DNA from: Myxococcota bacterium | Lineage (GTDB): Bacteria > Myxococcota_A > UBA796 > UBA2385 | Assembly: GCA_044344255.1 (NCBI GenBank) | Contig: JBIJDH010000046.1 | Location: 1-28,303 of the forward strand | Length of the DNA stretch: 28,303 bases | Direction: 5' to 3' | Part shown: positions 25,575-28,303 of the stretch, one piece after another | Layout: each line of letters starts with the position of its first letter | Position numbering within the stretch: the first letter of the stretch is position 1 | The notes under the pieces: generated by a model | Seen by the model: only the letters and a program-made list of their open reading frames with translations | What the model was told of the DNA's origin: nothing | The model's database searches: none | Made by a program: the position numbers and the translations under genes

Positions 25575-27017
25575 TCACTCCCGCACCCTGAGCACCACCG
25601 GCGCGGCCGACTCGGCGGGCCACGCTCCCTCAAGGGAGCCAGCGGGCGCATTCCCGACGCGCTCCAGGTCCCCCGCGTCCCAGGCCTCCTGCACCTGCTG
25701 GTGAAGGGGGAGGTCCACGGCGCTGGGGTCAGGCCACACCACGGAGGTGGCGTGTCGGGCGAGCAGCCAGCCCCGCAGCTCGCCGGGGGAGAGGGAGGGC
25801 ACGTCGGCGTCACACCAGACGCGGTCGCGGGGGAGGCGGGCGTACGCGAGGACGGTGGCGCAGGCGCTGGGGATGCCGCCTGGGTATCGCTCGGCGCCGG
25901 GATCGAGCACCAGCACGGCGGCTCCCTCTCTCATCGGGGGGAGCATCCCCGCGGCGGCGTGCGCGCGACGGACGAGCGGGTCGGGCTCAGACTCCAACCA
26001 GCCTCGGAGGGGCGGGCCGGAGAGGGCGACCGCCACGAGCGCGGCGGCGGCCCACCTCCATCGACCCTCGGGGGCCACGACCACGACCCGGGCGGCGAGC
26101 CGCAGCAGCACGAGCACCGGCAGGTGGAGCTGGCGGTTGTTGTCCGGCGGAGAGAAGGGCCGGAGGATGGTCAGGAAGGCGAGGTCCGCCGCGCCGAGGA
26201 GGAGCAGGCAGCCGGTCGCGACCCCTGGCGGTCGGCCCCCTCGGGCGTCGCGGAGGAGGAGGCCCGCGCCGACCGCGGCGAGCGCCACCGTCGGCCAGCC
26301 CACCCAGTAGGGCAGGAGCCGGCCCCAGAGGTGGGCCTGCTCCAGCCAGCGGTCCGGCGCGATCGAGGGCTCGAGCCAGCTCCCGAGGGGCGGCCCCGAG
26401 CCCCAGGTGCGCCAGGCCAGCCACGCCGCCGGGGCCGCCATCAGCGCCAGCGCCGCGCCGCGCGCGCGCCGCGCCGGTCGGGGGGCCCACCACAGATAGA
26501 GCCCGCCGATCGCCGCGAGCAGCCAGCCCTCGTAGCGGGTGAGCGAGGCCGCGGCGATCAGCGTCACCGCGAGGGCGGGACGGTGGGCCAGGGTGACGAG
26601 CGCGCCGCAGACGAGGAGCACGAACAGGGGCTCCTGATAGAGCCCGGTGGCCGTGAGCCCGTGCACGGGGCTCAACGCCACCCCGAGCCCCGCGGCGAGC
26701 CCCGCGGCGGCCCCGAGCTCGGCCGTGACGAGGAGGGAGAAGAGGGCGGCCGCGAGCGCCCCGAGGGCGGCGTTCCCGCCCCGGAGCCAGTCGGGGGCGC
26801 GGCTGACGAGCGCGAGGGCGTCGAGCAGCGCCTGGTACGCCGGGAGCCAGTCGTGCACCACGAGGCGGTCGGTGTGGGCGAGGCGGTCGTAGCCGTCCCC
26901 CGAGGGCATCGGCGTGAGCCGCTGGATCGTCAGCCAGCGCGCCGTGAAGGCCACCCCGAAGGACGCGGCGGCGACGCGGGCGGGGGTGGAGGTCGCGAGG
27001 CGGGAGGCGGTGCGCAA
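25575..27017 (-). CDS. Multi-TM membrane protein, probable GT-C fold glycosyltransferase (PMT/ArnT-like), 480 aa
   Basis: First TM followed by acidic loop GDGYDRL, then WLPAYQ, YQEPLF, LTRYEGW and NNRQL; many hydrophobic segments and a soluble C-terminal domain. A TAGACT hexamer lies 6 nt before the TTG start. Confidence 0.65.
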   Translation of the reverse strand: MRTASRLATSTPARVAAASFGVAFTARWLTIQRLTPMPSGDGYDRLAHTDRLVVHDWLPAYQALLDALALVSRAPDWLRGGNAALGALAAALFSLLVTAELGAAAGLAAGLGVALSPVHGLTATGLYQEPLFVLLVCGALVTLAHRPALAVTLIAAASLTRYEGWLLAAIGGLYLWWAPRPARRARGAALALMAAPAAWLAWRTWGSGPPLGSWLEPSIAPDRWLEQAHLWGRLLPYWVGWPTVALAAVGAGLLLRDARGGRPPGVATGCLLLLGAADLAFLTILRPFSPPDNNRQLHLPVLVLLRLAARVVVVAPEGRWRWAAAALVAVALSGPPLRGWLESEPDPLVRRAHAAAGMLPPMREGAAVLVLDPGAERYPGGIPSACATVLAYARLPRDRVWCDADVPSLSPGELRGWLLARHATSVVWPDPSAVDLPLHQQVQEAWDAGDLERVGNAPAGSLEGAWPAESAAPVVLRVRE

Positions 27018-27099
27018 GGGGGGAGTCTACCCCCGCGGGTCCTGCCCCAAAGGTCTTGGTGGAGGGCGTCCCGCCGGCGACGCGGGGTTAGCCCACCGA

Positions 27100-28137
27100 A
27101 TGAGCCCCATCACCACTGGCGTCCTCCTCGCCCTCGCCGCCGCGGCGACCTTCGGCGTCACCACGCCGCTCATCCAGCGCTTCGGGCTCGGGCTCGGCCC
27201 CTTCACCACCGCCGGCCTCCTCTACGCGGGGGCCGCGGGGCTGGCCCTGCTGGTGGGGCGGGGCGCCGGCGAGGCCCCCCTCCGCCGCGCCCACCTGCCT
27301 CGCCTCGGCCTCGTGGCGCTCTTCGGGGCCTTCATCGCGCCGGTGCTGCTGGCCCTCGGACTGCGGGCGACGAGCGGGACCAGCGCCTCGCTGCTGCTCA
27401 ACCTGGAGGCCGTCTTCACGGTGGTGCTCGGGGCCCTGGTCTATCGGGAGCCAGTCGGCCGGCGGGTGATGGCGGCCGTGGTGGTCATCGCCGGGGGCGG
27501 AGCGGTCGTGAGCCTCTCTCCCGGCTCGGTCAGCTCCTCCTTGCTGGGCTCGCTCCTCGTGGCCGGCGCCACCCTCGGCTGGGCGCTCGACAACACCCTG
27601 TCCCGCCCCCTCTCCGAGCTCGATCCCGGGCAGGTCGTGGCCGGCAAAGGCGCCATCGGCGCGGCCCTCTCCGTCCTGGTCGCCCTCGGCCTGCAGGAGC
27701 CGCTCCCCGCGGCCTCCTCGGCCCTCGGCCTGCTCGCCTGTGGGGCCCTCGGCTACGGCGGCAGCCTGCGGCTCTATCTGCGGGCCCAGCGCGTCCTCGG
27801 CTCGGCGCGCACGGGCTCGGTCTTCGCGGTGGCCCCCTTCCTCGGCGCGCTCGTGGCGCTGCTCCTCGGAGAGCCCTTCGGCGGCGCGGCGACGGCGCTC
27901 GGCGGGGCGCTGATGGCCCTCGGGGTCTATCTGCACCTCACCGAGTCCCATGACCACGCGCACGAGCACCCCGCCCTCGAGCACGAGCACCCGCACCGCC
28001 ACGACGACGGCCACCACGACGACCACCACCATGAGGGCCTCGCCCCCGGCACCGTCCACAGCCACCCCCACGCGCACGAGGGCCGGCAGCACAGCCACGC
28101 GCACGGGGAGGACATCCACCACCAGCACCACGGCTGA
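27100..28137 (+). CDS. EamA/DMT family transporter with His-rich C-terminal tail (345 aa)
   Basis: About ten TM segments in two EamA repeats (ASLLLNLEAVFTVVLGALVYREP, WALDNTLSR, GSARTGSVFAVAPFLG); 25 His in the last about 67 residues. ATG 27100. Confidence 0.93.
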   Translation: MSPITTGVLLALAAAATFGVTTPLIQRFGLGLGPFTTAGLLYAGAAGLALLVGRGAGEAPLRRAHLPRLGLVALFGAFIAPVLLALGLRATSGTSASLLLNLEAVFTVVLGALVYREPVGRRVMAAVVVIAGGGAVVSLSPGSVSSSLLGSLLVAGATLGWALDNTLSRPLSELDPGQVVAGKGAIGAALSVLVALGLQEPLPAASSALGLLACGALGYGGSLRLYLRAQRVLGSARTGSVFAVAPFLGALVALLLGEPFGGAATALGGALMALGVYLHLTESHDHAHEHPALEHEHPHRHDDGHHDDHHHEGLAPGTVHSHPHAHEGRQHSHAHGEDIHHQHHG

Positions 28138-28155
28138 CGGGCGGGGAGGGCCTTG

Positions 28156-28303
28156 GGCCCCGAAGGGCAGTGGCATGGCCCCGAAGGGCAGTGGCATGGC
28201 CCCGAAGGGCAGTGGCATGGCCCCGAAGGGCAGTGGCATGGCCCCGAAGGGCAGTGGCATGGCCCCGAAGGGCAGTGGCATGGCCCCGAAGGGCAGTGGC
28301 ATG
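28156..28303. repeat. Perfect 21-bp tandem array (ggccccgaagggcagtggcat), 7 full copies, truncated by window edge
   Basis: Identical units start at 28156, 28177, 28198, 28219, 28240, 28261 and 28282; no spacers. Confidence 0.97.

Noticed and set aside
27088..28302. Minus-strand ORF beginning with (MPLPFGA)n
   Set aside because: It is a translation of the tandem array continuing antisense to the EamA gene; no independent protein-family signal.
28156..28303. Possible CRISPR array
   Set aside because: Units are contiguous with no unique spacers, and no cas gene is in the window.

Overview
Very GC-rich bacterial chromosomal segment, densely coding (16 supported CDSs). The gene repertoire (J-domain/TPR protein, Ser/Thr kinase-WD40, Asp-rich lipoproteins, giant Cys/Asp-repeat + FG-GAP lipoprotein) suggests a Myxococcota-like deltaproteobacterium; this is inference only. 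Left to right: an inverted pair of double-hairpin REP-like elements (90-242); topA (Topo_C_Rpt type with Lys-rich tail) divergent from a XerC-like recombinase; a J-domain/TPR protein; an Ala/Lys/Glu-rich coiled-coil protein; a membrane-fused spermidine-synthase-like protein; an NTF2-like protein translationally coupled to a signal-peptide protein whose N-terminal domain resembles the bacterial gasdermin pore-forming fold (most interesting observation, unverified); a penicillin-acylase-family lipoprotein coupled to a cupin-GNAT fusion; an Asp-Ala-repeat lipoprotein; a 1869-aa surface lipoprotein with 14 Cys/Asp repeats and 14 FG-GAP repeats; a SWIM-ligase-WGR-like ATP-dependent DNA ligase divergent from a kinase-WD40 gene and a 3-methyladenine glycosylase; a GT-C-like membrane protein; an EamA transporter with a His-rich tail; and a perfect 21-bp tandem array running off the right edge. 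No rRNA, tRNA, CRISPR array, transposase or phage gene was recognised. Many long ORFs in the track are antisense or off-frame shadows typical of high-GC DNA.
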